Assembly: GCA_963784355.1 (NCBI GenBank)
Contig: CAWAQU010000009.1
Coordinates: forward strand, 32,001-96,000
From: an uncultured bacterium
GTDB lineage: Bacteria > Patescibacteriota > JACMRA01
Reading direction: 5' to 3'
DNA: 64,000 bases
The stretch's first letter is position 1. Every line of letters starts with the position of its first letter. This document shows positions 1-9,984 of the stretch, piece after piece. The translations under genes and the position numbers were made by a program. The notes beneath the pieces are model-generated. The model did no database searches. It was given only the letters and a program-made list of their open reading frames with translations, and was not told the DNA's origin.

Positions 1-537
1 CTTGTAGTTTTGACTCACTTCCAGATCAATTTTTAGTGCAGCAAAATCTTCCGGATTTCCCAAACCATAAATACACGACACCGAAGCTACAATTAATACA
101 TCTTTTCGAGTCAAAAGTGACTGAGTTGCCGCGTTTCTCAACCTATCAATTTCTTCATTTATCTGAGTTTGCTTTTCAATATATGTGTCTGATCTTGGAA
201 TGTAGCTTTCCGGTTGATAATAATCATAATAACTGACAAAATAGTGGACTGCGTTATTTGGAAAAAACTTCTTAAACTCCTCAGCAAGTTGTGCCGCCAA
301 AGTTTTATTATGGGCAATGACCAGAGTAGGCTTTTGTAAATTCTGTACAATTGAAGCCATCATAAAGGTTTTGCCCGACCCTGTAACACCCAAAATCGTC
401 TGTTCTTTGTTATTACTTTCTATACTTTGAGTGATTTCATCAATTACTTTGGCTTGATCTCCGGCAGGCCCATAAGGTGAGACGAGCTGAAAATGACTGC
501 CACTTTGACTTTGAGAATACACTAATTTGTCATCCAT
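1..537 (-). CDS. uvrB: Excinuclease ABC subunit B, N-terminal part (runs off window start)
   Basis: Manual translation from ATG at 537: MDDKLVYSQ...[12 protein letters not shown]...[10 protein letters not shown]...[10 protein letters not shown]...[15 protein letters not shown], which are UvrB motifs. Not in the ORF track because it is truncated. Confidence 0.96.
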   Translation of the reverse strand, partial: MDDKLVYSQSQSGSHFQLVSPYGPAGDQAKVIDEITQSIESNNKEQTILGVTGSGKTFMMASIVQNLQKPTLVIAHNKTLAAQLAEEFKKFFPNNAVHYFVSYYDYYQPESYIPRSDTYIEKQTQINEEIDRLRNAATQSLLTRKDVLIVASVSCIYGLGNPEDFAALKIDLEVSQNYK

Positions 538-545
538 AAATTCAC

Positions 546-574
546 ATAATAATTTTTAAACTAGGCTATGTCAA
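546..574 (-). promoter_or_regulatory. sigma70-type promoter of uvrB
   Basis: On the minus strand TTGACA (574-569), 17 nt, TATTAT (551-546); the -10 ends 8 nt before the ATG. Confidence 0.6.
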
Positions 575-713
575 GATTGTTTTACTTTTTTAAACTAAAT
601 CACGCAAACAATAAATTTACCCTTAAATAAAGATTATTAGGCCATTATGTTATGTAAGAAATTAATATTTATTAATAATCAGAATACCTAGTTATTTGTA
701 ACTATATTTGTAA

Positions 714-3485
714 CTAACCCTTCAAAATACCTGCAGGCACTATGTCTGGACTGATTTTGAAAATAGTTGCAGCAGCTTCTTGGTCAATTTCTTCCAATAA
801 ATTCATAAATATGCTCATACCATCTTGCTTAAACTCTACCAAAGGGTCCTTTTGAGAATAACCCCTCAAGCGTACAGAATCCTGCAAATGATCAATAGTA
901 ACTAAATGCTCTGTCCAAAGTATGTCTATTGCTCTTAAGAACATAAATCTAGCTAAAGCAGACTGTACTCTGTCTTCGTAAATCTCCCATCTGGTTTTCA
1001 ATTGATAGTTTAGTTTTTCCGCTAAAATTTTAGCAACTTTAGAATACTTAAACTTATGATCTTTCAAAAGTACAGAAATTACCCCTGTATCAAAATCGGC
1101 TAAATTCAAAATGTTTTTCAATATATTGCTAGCTTCTTTTAATTGCTCTTGATTGATATTAGATTTTCTACCTGTTGGCTTTTTAACTATAGTTAAAGTA
1201 TTATAGACAGCATTGTAGATACTCTTTTCTATTTCTTTTTGCCATTCAAAACCTTCATTTAAGAGTACTTTTTTACGTCTGGAGTAAATCACACTTCTCT
1301 GTTTGTTAATTACGTCATCGTACTCAGTAACGTGCTTACGTACATCAAAGTTTTGTCCTTCAATTTTCTTTTGAGCTTCTTCTATCAAACCTGAAAGTAA
1401 TTTATTCTGAATTGGTTCATCATCAGGGATTGGTAAGATGTTCTTGTAGTAACTCATTCTATCACCTCCAAATACTCTCAAAACATAGTCTTCAAGTGAG
1501 ATATAAAACTGACTCATACCCGGATCTCCTTGACGTCCACTACGACCTCTCAACTGATTATCAATACGTCTACTCTCGTGTCTTTCAGTACCAATTACAA
1601 ATAAACCTCCTAAATTTTTGACTTCTTCATGGAGTTTTTTCCACTCTTCTTTTTTTGTTTCATCATCAGGAATTTCTCCACCTAATTTAATATCCACACC
1701 ACGACCCGCAATATTAGTTGCCAAAGTCACACTCCCCTTTTTACCGGCTTCAGAAACAATTTTTGCTTCCTGCTCGTGATTTTTAGCATTTAAAACTTGG
1801 TGTGGGACACCTGCTTCTTTTAATTGTTTGCTCAGCTCCAAATTTTTATCAATAGATGTAGTACCAATCAAAATCGGCTGCCCGGTTTCATGTATAGCTT
1901 TTATATCTCTTACAATGGCTTGGAATTTCCCCGCTTCAGTTTTAAAAATTTTATCTACATAGTCTTTTCTGACCATTACCTTATTTGTAGGAATAGTAAC
2001 TACTAAAAGCTTATAGATTTTAAACAATTCCTCAGCCTCAGTAGCAGCCGTACCTGTCATACCTGACAATTTATTATATAGTCTAAAGTAGTTTTGGAAT
2101 GTAACTGTAGCCACTGTCTTGCTCTCGGGTTGAACTTTCAGCCCTTCTTTGGCCTCCAATGATTGGTGTAGACCTTGATTGTATCTTCTACCAAACATCA
2201 ATCTACCTGTAAATTCATCTACAATGACTATTTCTCCATCCCTAACTACATATTCTTTTTCTCTATGAAACAAGGCCCAAGCTTTCAAGGCTTGATCTAA
2301 ATGGTGGATTAAAACAACATTTTCAGACGATCCGTAAAGTGATTTTATACCCAACATTCTCTCTACTTTTTCAATACCAAATTCACTTAAAGTTACAGTT
2401 TTGCGTTTTTCATCTACCTTGTAATCAACTTCAGGATTCAACTTTTTAACCAACTCGGCAAACTGTTTATACCTAGCAGAAGAGTCTGCATCTTGAGAGG
2501 AAATAATCAACGGAGTTCTAGCTTCATCAATCAAAATAGAGTCAACCTCGTCTACAACGGCTACTGTCTGACCGGCTTTTTGGACAATTTCCTCAGGAGT
2601 GTTAGCCATGTTATCTCTTAGATAGTCAAAACCGAATTCGGAATTTACCCCATAAACAATGTCTACAGGTTGATTAGCTTCTTCGTCCCAGTAGGCTCTC
2701 TTCCTATCACAATGAACCAAATTTTCAACATCCAAAACCGCCCTACTGTCATCCAAACTACCATCTTCGTACGTATCTACCAGTCCGGCATTTCTTTTTT
2801 TATCTTCAACAGATCCCGCTTGAGCGCCCAATTTAAAATAAAAGCTTGCTTGATTCTGAATAATTCCAACAGTCAGTCCCAAAAAATCATAAATTTTACC
2901 CATCCAACTAGCATCACGCCTCGCCAAATAGTCGTTTACAGTAACTAAGTGTACTTGGTTGTTTTCAGGAAGGGCATTTAAATATACAGCTAAAGTAGCT
3001 ACCAAAGTTTTTCCCTCTCCTGTTCTCATTTCAGCTACGCGGCCATCATTTAATACCATACCACCAATCAACTGAACCGGGAAATGTTTTTGCCCTATAG
3101 TTCTCCAAGCAGCTTCCCTAACTACAGCAAAAGCTTCGGGTAGAAGTTCGAGCAATTTTTTCTCCATTTCTTTTTCCTTCAAGCCTTTCAATTTTTCTCT
3201 AAATTCAAATGTTTTAGCTTTAAGCTCACTATCTGAGAGACCTTGCATTTTTGCATCAAAATCCTCAATTTTTTTAACTACGGCTAAGTATTTATTGATT
3301 TCTTTTTTTTCACCAATTAAATTGTCCAGAAATTTTTTAAATTGACTTCTGTCTTTTACAACAGTTCTTTGCTTGGTTGTGGTACTTTTAGCTTTAGTCT
3401 GAGGATTATTATCTGCAGGCACATTAATGTTTGTAGTTTCTGTCTCTTTTACAGCTACATCATTATTTGGATTAGAAGAACTCAT
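714..3485 (-). CDS. secA: Preprotein translocase ATPase SecA
   Basis: MRTGEGKTL, VTVNDYLARRD, VDEVDSILIDEARTPLIIS and GTERHESRRIDNQLRGRSGRQGDPG motifs; no C-terminal Zn-binding motif. Confidence 0.99.
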   Translation of the reverse strand: MSSSNPNNDVAVKETETTNINVPADNNPQTKAKSTTTKQRTVVKDRSQFKKFLDNLIGEKKEINKYLAVVKKIEDFDAKMQGLSDSELKAKTFEFREKLKGLKEKEMEKKLLELLPEAFAVVREAAWRTIGQKHFPVQLIGGMVLNDGRVAEMRTGEGKTLVATLAVYLNALPENNQVHLVTVNDYLARRDASWMGKIYDFLGLTVGIIQNQASFYFKLGAQAGSVEDKKRNAGLVDTYEDGSLDDSRAVLDVENLVHCDRKRAYWDEEANQPVDIVYGVNSEFGFDYLRDNMANTPEEIVQKAGQTVAVVDEVDSILIDEARTPLIISSQDADSSARYKQFAELVKKLNPEVDYKVDEKRKTVTLSEFGIEKVERMLGIKSLYGSSENVVLIHHLDQALKAWALFHREKEYVVRDGEIVIVDEFTGRLMFGRRYNQGLHQSLEAKEGLKVQPESKTVATVTFQNYFRLYNKLSGMTGTAATEAEELFKIYKLLVVTIPTNKVMVRKDYVDKIFKTEAGKFQAIVRDIKAIHETGQPILIGTTSIDKNLELSKQLKEAGVPHQVLNAKNHEQEAKIVSEAGKKGSVTLATNIAGRGVDIKLGGEIPDDETKKEEWKKLHEEVKNLGGLFVIGTERHESRRIDNQLRGRSGRQGDPGMSQFYISLEDYVLRVFGGDRMSYYKNILPIPDDEPIQNKLLSGLIEEAQKKIEGQNFDVRKHVTEYDDVINKQRSVIYSRRKKVLLNEGFEWQKEIEKSIYNAVYNTLTIVKKPTGRKSNINQEQLKEASNILKNILNLADFDTGVISVLLKDHKFKYSKVAKILAEKLNYQLKTRWEIYEDRVQSALARFMFLRAIDILWTEHLVTIDHLQDSVRLRGYSQKDPLVEFKQDGMSIFMNLLEEIDQEAAATIFKISPDIVPAGILKG

Positions 3486-3616
3486 AATTGTTGTGATTTG
3501 TAGTTAAAAATAAGTTGTTTAATAGGGTTTGTCAAGTTACAAACTTAAGTGTAATAGCCTGGTGGCTCATGAATTACTTGTTTGACATAAAATCAGCTAA
3601 AATACAAAATACAACT

Positions 3617-4528
3617 GTGATTTTAATTAGTTTGTTAGGACAAACATGCAGTGGCAAATCCGAAATGGCAGTAGAAATAGCTAGGTGGCTGGGTAATTGC
3701 TGCATAATCAACTGTGACTCTAGGCAAATCTACCAAAAATTAAATATTGGTACTGGCAAAATCAAAGGTAGTTGGAAAGATAACAATTATTTTTACAAGA
3801 CTATCCCTCATCTTCTAATTGATTACGTCGATCCCCAAGAAAAAAATTATTCACTTGCTAATTATATTAACGATTTTAAAAACTTGCAAACTAATATAGA
3901 AAGTCAATTCAAATACGCAATTTTGACAGGAGGTACAGGTTTATACGCTAAGGCCATTACTGACAACTACCAAATTAGCTCTGTAAAGCCTGAATATGAA
4001 AAAGATTGGCAAGATTTAAGAAAAGAATTATCCAAAGATTCAATTTCAACTTTGCAACAAAAATATCTAACTTTAAACTTAAGCCCTTTAAATCATTCCG
4101 ATTTTCACAATCCCAGACGATTAATCAGCAAACTCTTGGATTTTGAGGGAAAAAGTAAAGGTTGGTACGAAACTATTCAAAATGAATTTAAATTTGATAA
4201 AAGCCTCAATTTTGCAATTCAAGTGGACCAGACTGAGTTAAAACAAAAAATTTTAATTAGGTTGAAAGATAGAGTAACTGAGGGCCTTACTGAGGAAATA
4301 GAGAGTTTAAATTATTTGGGTACTCAAAGATTACTTGATTTAGGTCTAGAATACCGCATCTCCCAACTTTACTTGTTAGGATTTCTAACCGAAGATGAAT
4401 GGATCAACAAAATGTATCTGGAAAATTGTAAATATGCCAAAAGACAGCTTACTTGGCTACAAAAACAAGATTTTACTTGGATCAGTAATACAGAAGAGAC
4501 AAAAAGAAGGATTACTTCCGCAATTTAA
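3617..4528 (+). CDS. miaA: tRNA dimethylallyltransferase
   Basis: GQTCSGKS P-loop, DSRQIY, GGTGLY, YAKRQLTW. Start moved to GTG 3617, just downstream of TTGACA at 3582 (the track starts at 3515). Confidence 0.92.
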   Translation: MILISLLGQTCSGKSEMAVEIARWLGNCCIINCDSRQIYQKLNIGTGKIKGSWKDNNYFYKTIPHLLIDYVDPQEKNYSLANYINDFKNLQTNIESQFKYAILTGGTGLYAKAITDNYQISSVKPEYEKDWQDLRKELSKDSISTLQQKYLTLNLSPLNHSDFHNPRRLISKLLDFEGKSKGWYETIQNEFKFDKSLNFAIQVDQTELKQKILIRLKDRVTEGLTEEIESLNYLGTQRLLDLGLEYRISQLYLLGFLTEDEWINKMYLENCKYAKRQLTWLQKQDFTWISNTEETKRRITSAI

Positions 4529-4530
4529 AT

Positions 4531-4974
4531 CTACACTTTGCAAAGTGGTTCAAAACCGAATTGGCTGTTTACTTGTACATTTTCTTGTTTAATTGTACTT
4601 CCAAAAAAACACATCTGCCATCTTTGAATATTATTAAACTCCTGTTTCTTTTTCTCAGGAATATAATTCGGGTTTTGGTTATCAACAGTTTCTAATAAAG
4701 AAGTATCCAATACCTCCTCACCTTTTTTCTTGTAATTTATCTCTTTAGCATACTTTTCTTGGTACAAAGCACTGTTGTAGTAATCCTTTTCGTTTTTAGA
4801 CTCATTATTTTCTTGAATCAGTTTTTGAAAGACTAAAGACTCTGCATTAGCTTGAGCTTGAATACGATATAAGTTGTAAATATTGTATATGTTAGCTAAA
4901 AAACCGCCCACTAGTAATAAGTGAACGGTAAATTTTACACTGGGTATTTGAAAAAAACGTTGTAGTGAATTCAT
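4531..4974 (-). CDS. FtsB/DivIC-like septum formation membrane protein
   Basis: One N-terminal TM helix, a coiled coil, and EKYAKEINYKKKGEEV resembling the FtsB E..AR..LG..KPGE motif. Confidence 0.5.
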   Translation of the reverse strand: MNSLQRFFQIPSVKFTVHLLLVGGFLANIYNIYNLYRIQAQANAESLVFQKLIQENNESKNEKDYYNSALYQEKYAKEINYKKKGEEVLDTSLLETVDNQNPNYIPEKKKQEFNNIQRWQMCFFGSTIKQENVQVNSQFGFEPLCKV

Positions 4975-5000
4975 TCAAAATCAAAAATTATTGGATATGA

Positions 5001-5441
5001 CTAACCAAACAAACCTGTAATATTTGTACTAGTTAGACCACTAATAAAGTTAACAATTGTATATGCAATGATTGTGATAATTAAACCGTATAAAGCATTG
5101 AAAAGTATTTTCTTTCCTTTTTTTGATCTAGCTTCATCACCATTATCAACAATGATAAGGAAACCTCCATATACTAAGAATAGTACTGCTACTGCTCCAG
5201 CTATATAAGTAAGGAATTTGGCAATGTTAAGAATAAAACTGGCTATACTGCCTCGACCTCCAATAAAACTTGAACCCTCTGTTGCACCCGTAACAGGACA
5301 GCTTCCACCACATAGCTCGGTTACACCTGGAATTTTTACTTCTGTTGCACTCACTGAAGGAGCTACAACTAAACTAAAAGCAAATATTGCAATTAATGAA
5401 AATGAAAATAGTTTTGTAAGTATGTTTGCAAATGCTGACAT
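5001..5441 (-). CDS. VirB2/TrbC-like (CPR-type) pilin, copy 1
   Basis: Signal peptide ending VSA, Cys-pair loop, two hydrophobic helices separated by the charged loop DNGDEARSKKGKK, then LYGLIITIIAYTIVNFI. Confidence 0.8.
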   Translation of the reverse strand: MSAFANILTKLFSFSLIAIFAFSLVVAPSVSATEVKIPGVTELCGGSCPVTGATEGSSFIGGRGSIASFILNIAKFLTYIAGAVAVLFLVYGGFLIIVDNGDEARSKKGKKILFNALYGLIITIIAYTIVNFISGLTSTNITGLFG

Positions 5442-6123
5442 AAGAATAAGATATTGTTGTTTTTTGTAACTTGTTTTTGTTAGTTAAATAAAAGTATAAC
5501 TTAGATTATTTATTTGTGCAAGTGGAAGATTTTACTTAAGCTGTTCTTAGTTGCATTTTACTCAGATGTCCCTCCAAACAAACCTGTAATATTTGTACTA
5601 GTTAGACCACTAATAAAGTTAACAATTGTATATGCAATGATTGTGATAATTAAACCGTATAAAGCATTGAAAAGTATTTTCTTTCCTTTTTTTGATCTAG
5701 CTTCATCACCATTATCAACAATGATAAGGAAACCTCCATATACTAAGAATAGTACTGCTACTGCTCCAGCTATATAAGTAAGGAATTTGGCAATGTTAAG
5801 GATGAAGGTAGCTATATTGTTTTGACTTCCGTTAGTCCCTAGAAATTGCGATCCGGTTGCTGAACCCGTAACAGGACAATTACTACCACATAATTCTGAA
5901 CGTGAAGGTAGTGACACTGTGCCATTTGCGGCAGTGGAACTAGCAGCACTCACTGAAGGAGCTACAACTAAACTAAAAGCAAATATTGCAATTAATGAAA
6001 ATGAAAATAGTTTTGTAAGTATGTTTGCAAATGCTGACATAAGAATAAGATATTGTTGTTTTTTGTAACTTGTTTTTGTTAGTTAAATAAAAGTATAACT
6101 TAGATTATTTATTTGTGCAAGTG
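5005..6123. repeat. Tandem duplication of pilin gene plus upstream region
   Basis: 5005-5231 matches 5574-5800 (227 bp) and 5347-5524 matches 5946-6123 (178 bp), identical by eye; the intervening segments differ. Confidence 0.93.
5558..6040 (-). CDS. VirB2/TrbC-like (CPR-type) pilin, copy 2
   Basis: Same architecture as 5001-5441, with identical signal peptide and TM region and a different mature N-terminus. Confidence 0.8.
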   Translation of the reverse strand: MSAFANILTKLFSFSLIAIFAFSLVVAPSVSAASSTAANGTVSLPSRSELCGSNCPVTGSATGSQFLGTNGSQNNIATFILNIAKFLTYIAGAVAVLFLVYGGFLIIVDNGDEARSKKGKKILFNALYGLIITIIAYTIVNFISGLTSTNITGLFGGTSE

Positions 6124-6166
6124 TGGTATATTTTTTATGTTTGTGTCAAGTGAAGTTTTCCCCATT

Positions 6167-7375
6167 TTAGCTGCTTTTATAGTAATTTAATATCCCTGAA
6201 AGACCTATCATTACGGCATTATCACCGGTCAAGCTAAGATTAGGAATAAAAATATTTTTGAGTCTGTTTTTTACTTTTAGCTCTTCAATTTTTTGTCTAA
6301 GTAACAGATCAGCAGATACGCCACCGGAAAGACCTATTGTAATAGGTTTGTATTTTTTTATCCCCAGTTCAAATTTGTTGATAAGTTGCTTGGTTACAAC
6401 AGTTCTGGCAGATACACACACGTTATAAATAAAGTCTAATTTTTGGTTTTTTTCAGAAGGATCCAGATTTCTGTAATTCATTAGTTTTTTTATTTCGTCA
6501 GGACCCAACTGTTTCTCAAAAGCAAAATTTGGAATTTTTTGATCCTGGATATGATATCTCACAGCAGTTTTTAATCCTGAAAAAGAATAGTTTAGATCTG
6601 CACTTTGCTTCATCCCTACCGGAAAATTGCAATAATTACCTTCAAATAAACCTGATATTTTTGCTACATGCATACCACCTGGATATGGCAAGCCCAGCAT
6701 ACGACCTACTTTATCCAAACACTCCCCGGCTGCATCATCTAAGGTTTTACCTACTATTTGCCAACTATTCCAGGAATTTAGAAGGATTATTTGTGAATTT
6801 CCACCGGAGACTAAAAGATGTAGATGAGGAAATACTTCTGATTTTATTTCAATTTCGGGATTGTAAAAGCTACTTGCCACATGCCCTTTCAAATGATTTA
6901 TCGAGCATACCTCTATTGCTTTATTTTGTCTTTCTCCTATATAAAAACTCATACTTTTAGCAAATTCCATACCTACCCTAAGGGCAGAAATTAGTCCGGG
7001 CTCAGTTGTGACAAATATTTTATCGACTTGAGACAGTAAATCTAGGTCTTCAGCATCAAGCGTAATGGAGTCAAATGATAAATTTTCATCCAAGTTATGT
7101 TTTAAGTTTGAAACTGTGTTGTTTTTAATACTTTCCTTGACCTCCTGAAGTAGCATTTTTAATAAAAAGTGGATTTGCTCAGCATGTTTTCTAGCTCCAA
7201 TTTCAGGGATTACACCCCCATATTCAGCGTGAATCTTGATTTGAGAAGAAACAATACTACCTAAAACTTTAAATGAATTTAAATATGCATAAAAATCTAA
7301 ATTAGCATTCAAATCCCCTTCTACAACAGCTAAGGAAGTCTCGTCACAACTGGTCTCAATACTCAGGTAAAGCAT
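6167..7375 (-). CDS. tsaD: tRNA N6-threonylcarbamoyltransferase TsaD
   Basis: IETSCDET, YGGVIPE, NHLKGH, LLVSGG, TLDDAAGE, SFSGLKTA, DNAVMIG. Confidence 0.97.
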   Translation of the reverse strand: MLYLSIETSCDETSLAVVEGDLNANLDFYAYLNSFKVLGSIVSSQIKIHAEYGGVIPEIGARKHAEQIHFLLKMLLQEVKESIKNNTVSNLKHNLDENLSFDSITLDAEDLDLLSQVDKIFVTTEPGLISALRVGMEFAKSMSFYIGERQNKAIEVCSINHLKGHVASSFYNPEIEIKSEVFPHLHLLVSGGNSQIILLNSWNSWQIVGKTLDDAAGECLDKVGRMLGLPYPGGMHVAKISGLFEGNYCNFPVGMKQSADLNYSFSGLKTAVRYHIQDQKIPNFAFEKQLGPDEIKKLMNYRNLDPSEKNQKLDFIYNVCVSARTVVTKQLINKFELGIKKYKPITIGLSGGVSADLLLRQKIEELKVKNRLKNIFIPNLSLTGDNAVMIGLSGILNYYKSS

Positions 7376-7380
7376 ATAAT

Positions 7381-8964
7381 TTAGTTTATTTTAGTTTCCT
7401 CAGGACTTTTTGTTATTCTTTTTTTAGCTGATTCAAGCTGCCAAAACGGTACCCACTGCCTTTTGCTTAGCTCCTTGTCAGTTATAGGTATATAGTAAGT
7501 AAGTGGACTGAAAAATAGAAATGTAGCAAATACTATGAAGCAAGTACCGCTTAAAACTCCGTACAAATAAATTCTGACTTTAGGTATTTCAAGGTATGTT
7601 TTCATTGTATATTGGAAAATTAAAGCAGCCAAAATGTAACTAAGCGTAAGAGGAATTAAATAGTGATAGAGATACATTGCCCTAGGGATTAAAAACATGA
7701 TAATCATGTAAAATAAATACAATGCCAAAAATAATTTAATTTTTTCAAATAGCTTTTGGTCAGTAATTTTTAACCCAAACACGTGTTTGCTTAAAATCAA
7801 GACAATACTCAACAACATTCCTAAAAGCCCGATCAGCCAAGACACTGGATTACCTTGCAAATAAATATATCTTGCACTTTCACTATTGTATTCATAAGCA
7901 TATATTACACTTCTAGCACCAATTGGCCAAGTAATCGGGAAACTTGGGTCGGAAAGAGTCTGATAATTAGAGGGATTCAAGCTTTCTACATTTATATGGT
8001 GCTTAAAAATATAGAGTATGTTGATTGCGTAGAATTTTAAGACTCCACGTGCAGTTAAATTTTCTTGACCTTCCAAAGAATTTTTATAGTTTGTGTTATT
8101 TATATATTTTGCGTAAGTATCTCCATGTATCTCTTTTCCAAGCAATCCGTGAAGGCCATAAATTAAAGCAGTTGATAGAATAATTGCCGAAATAAAAACA
8201 ATTGCTTTCGATACAAAACCCTTAAAGTATTTGGGTTGATTTATTTTTTTTATAAAATTTTCTTGATTCAGATGACTTAAGTTTTTATCTTTTAAGTAAA
8301 TTAATACAAAACAAAGTACTAGAAATAAACCATTTACCTTAACTAAAATCGGTAGAGAAACAAGCAAGCCTAAAATAAAATATTCCTTAAATGATACAAA
8401 GTTTAATTGTGGCTTTCCAGAAGATAGGCTATCCCACAATTTCATAAAGTAAATTAGAGCTAAAAATATAAAAAACAACTGGGTACTTTGCAATAGTGCG
8501 GCTCTTGTATCTACAATTATAGCATTGTCAAATAAATAGACTAGTGAAAAAAAGAAGGCCAGGGTATTATTTTGTAGTAAAATACATAAAAGCCAGAAAA
8601 AGAGTGTAGCAGCCAAAATACCAAAGATTATAGGAAAAAATCTGGCTCCGGTGTAATTGTAAGTACCGGGAATATTCTCTACACTATATTCAGTTGTTAA
8701 AAATTCTTCTGGAATGTTGGTATTTCCGTTGAAAATCTTTTCCCCTAAAGCTATGAATAATTTACCAAGTGGTGGATGATCTTGTAAAAAAGCAACTCCA
8801 TGGACATATTTTTGAGCAGCCGGAATAAAATAAGCCTCATCCCAGATGCTTTTATTGGGTTGGTTATAATTTGGAAAGTACACACATACAGCCATTAAAA
8901 GTACCGCAAGCGTGTACAAAAACAAACTGTTTTCCACTAAGTATTTTTTAATAGAAGCTAGCAT
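7381..8964 (-). CDS. Protein O-mannosyltransferase-like GT-C (PMT/GT39) membrane glycosyltransferase
   Basis: Polytopic protein with WDEAYF (DE motif), DHPPLGKL, GNP, and YLYHYLIPL, typical of the PMT and PMT_4TMC domains. Confidence 0.8.
   Translation of the reverse strand: MLASIKKYLVENSLFLYTLAVLLMAVCVYFPNYNQPNKSIWDEAYFIPAAQKYVHGVAFLQDHPPLGKLFIALGEKIFNGNTNIPEEFLTTEYSVENIPGTYNYTGARFFPIIFGILAATLFFWLLCILLQNNTLAFFFSLVYLFDNAIIVDTRAALLQSTQLFFIFLALIYFMKLWDSLSSGKPQLNFVSFKEYFILGLLVSLPILVKVNGLFLVLCFVLIYLKDKNLSHLNQENFIKKINQPKYFKGFVSKAIVFISAIILSTALIYGLHGLLGKEIHGDTYAKYINNTNYKNSLEGQENLTARGVLKFYAINILYIFKHHINVESLNPSNYQTLSDPSFPITWPIGARSVIYAYEYNSESARYIYLQGNPVSWLIGLLGMLLSIVLILSKHVFGLKITDQKLFEKIKLFLALYLFYMIIMFLIPRAMYLYHYLIPLTLSYILAALIFQYTMKTYLEIPKVRIYLYGVLSGTCFIVFATFLFFSPLTYYIPITDKELSKRQWVPFWQLESAKKRITKSPEETKIN
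7776..7789. repeat. Palindrome CAAACACGTGTTTG (copy 1, inside the PMT gene)
   Basis: Perfect 14-bp palindrome; the same 12-bp core occurs at 29374, 40732 and 45640. Confidence 0.75.
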
Positions 8965-8986
8965 GATTTGGAAATTATTTGTTAGG

Positions 8987-9071
8987 TTTATTAGTAATCA
9001 GAATATCTGGTTGCTTGCAACGGGGTTAAGTTTTTGTTTCCACAGCTTTGGTGCTCTGATACAAGCTCATT
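8987..9071 (-). repeat. Dispersed ~90-bp non-coding repeat, copy A
   Basis: Minus strand AATGAGCTTGTATCAGAGCACCAAAGCTGTGGAAACAAAAACTTAACCCCGTTGCAAGCAACCAGATATTCTGATTACTAATAAA aligns with 44792-44887 and partly with 28160-28227. Confidence 0.8.
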
Positions 9072-9984
9072 ATGAGATTTTAGTATTTGCCCATTTTTCA
9101 GCTACAAGGGAAATTGGTCTGAGTGAATCAATTTTATGAATTGTATCTTCACTGTTAATTACAGTTAAAAGTCTTTCAAAACCCATACCTGTATCAATAT
9201 TTTTCTTGGTTAGTGGTTCTAGATTAATCGGTTCATGATTTTCTCCCCACTCTCCTTGAAATTCCATAAAAACATGATTCCAAATCTCTACAATTTCTTG
9301 ATCTATAAAGTTTTCAATTTCTACCTTAGCCATATTTGGGAATAAACTTGTTTCAAAATCTATTGAGTTATGGTTTAAAAGGTAGTAAATTTCGCTACAC
9401 GGCCCACATGGCCCTCTGTAAGGAAGCCCCCACCAATTATCTTTACCACTCTTTTTTGTGATTCTATAAATATATTTATCGTTTTGCTCAGTGTTATTTT
9501 TGAAGTCGTATTCTTCTCCAACTGTAGCTTCAATACCTACTTTGGCAAATTCTTCAGTCCAAAATTCAACAGCTTCTTTATCTTCGCCAGCCTCTGTAGA
9601 GCCTTTATAAACAGTCACAAATAATCTTTTCGGATCCAAGCCAAGCCATTCTTTGGAAGTTAAAAATTCAAAACCCCAGCTAATAGAATCTTTTTTAAAA
9701 TAATCTCCAAGACTCCAACTTCCAAGCATCTCAAATAAAGATAAATGTCTATTATCACCCACTTCTTCAATATCTAGAGTACGAATACATTTTTGCGAAT
9801 CGGCTAGCCTGACACCGTCCGGATGTTTTTCTCCCATCAAATAAGGTACAAGCGGATACATTCCGGAATTCACAAACAATAGAGTCGGATCCTCTTTTGG
9901 CAATATACTTGCAGATGGTAGAATAGCGTGGCCCTTAGAAGCCATAAAATCAAGGAAAAGTTGTCTAAGCTGTTTTGAGTCCAT
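9070..9984 (-). CDS. alaS: Alanyl-tRNA synthetase, catalytic domain only (split or truncated AlaRS)
   Basis: DPTLLFVNSGM, SQKCIR, HLSLFEMLG, GPCGPCSEI, EIWNHVFME, DTGMGFERL; stops about 33 residues after motif 3. Start is 9984 or 9996. Confidence 0.88.
   Translation of the reverse strand: MDSKQLRQLFLDFMASKGHAILPSASILPKEDPTLLFVNSGMYPLVPYLMGEKHPDGVRLADSQKCIRTLDIEEVGDNRHLSLFEMLGSWSLGDYFKKDSISWGFEFLTSKEWLGLDPKRLFVTVYKGSTEAGEDKEAVEFWTEEFAKVGIEATVGEEYDFKNNTEQNDKYIYRITKKSGKDNWWGLPYRGPCGPCSEIYYLLNHNSIDFETSLFPNMAKVEIENFIDQEIVEIWNHVFMEFQGEWGENHEPINLEPLTKKNIDTGMGFERLLTVINSEDTIHKIDSLRPISLVAEKWANTKIS

Noticed and set aside
36-350. Track ORFs 36-236 (+) and 159-350 (-)
   Set aside because: Shadow frames over the uvrB fragment (1-537, minus strand)
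5005-6123. Pilin duplication as a diversity-generating retroelement (TR/VR pair) or shufflon
   Set aside because: The differences are not adenine-specific substitutions and include indels; no reverse transcriptase, site-specific recombinase or inverted sites are in the window
8987-9071. Repeat copy A as a SAM-I riboswitch (TATCAGAG...GCAACC)
   Set aside because: It lacks the GAGGGA/GGCCC P2 pseudoknot and GGTGC elements, and the downstream genes are unrelated to methionine
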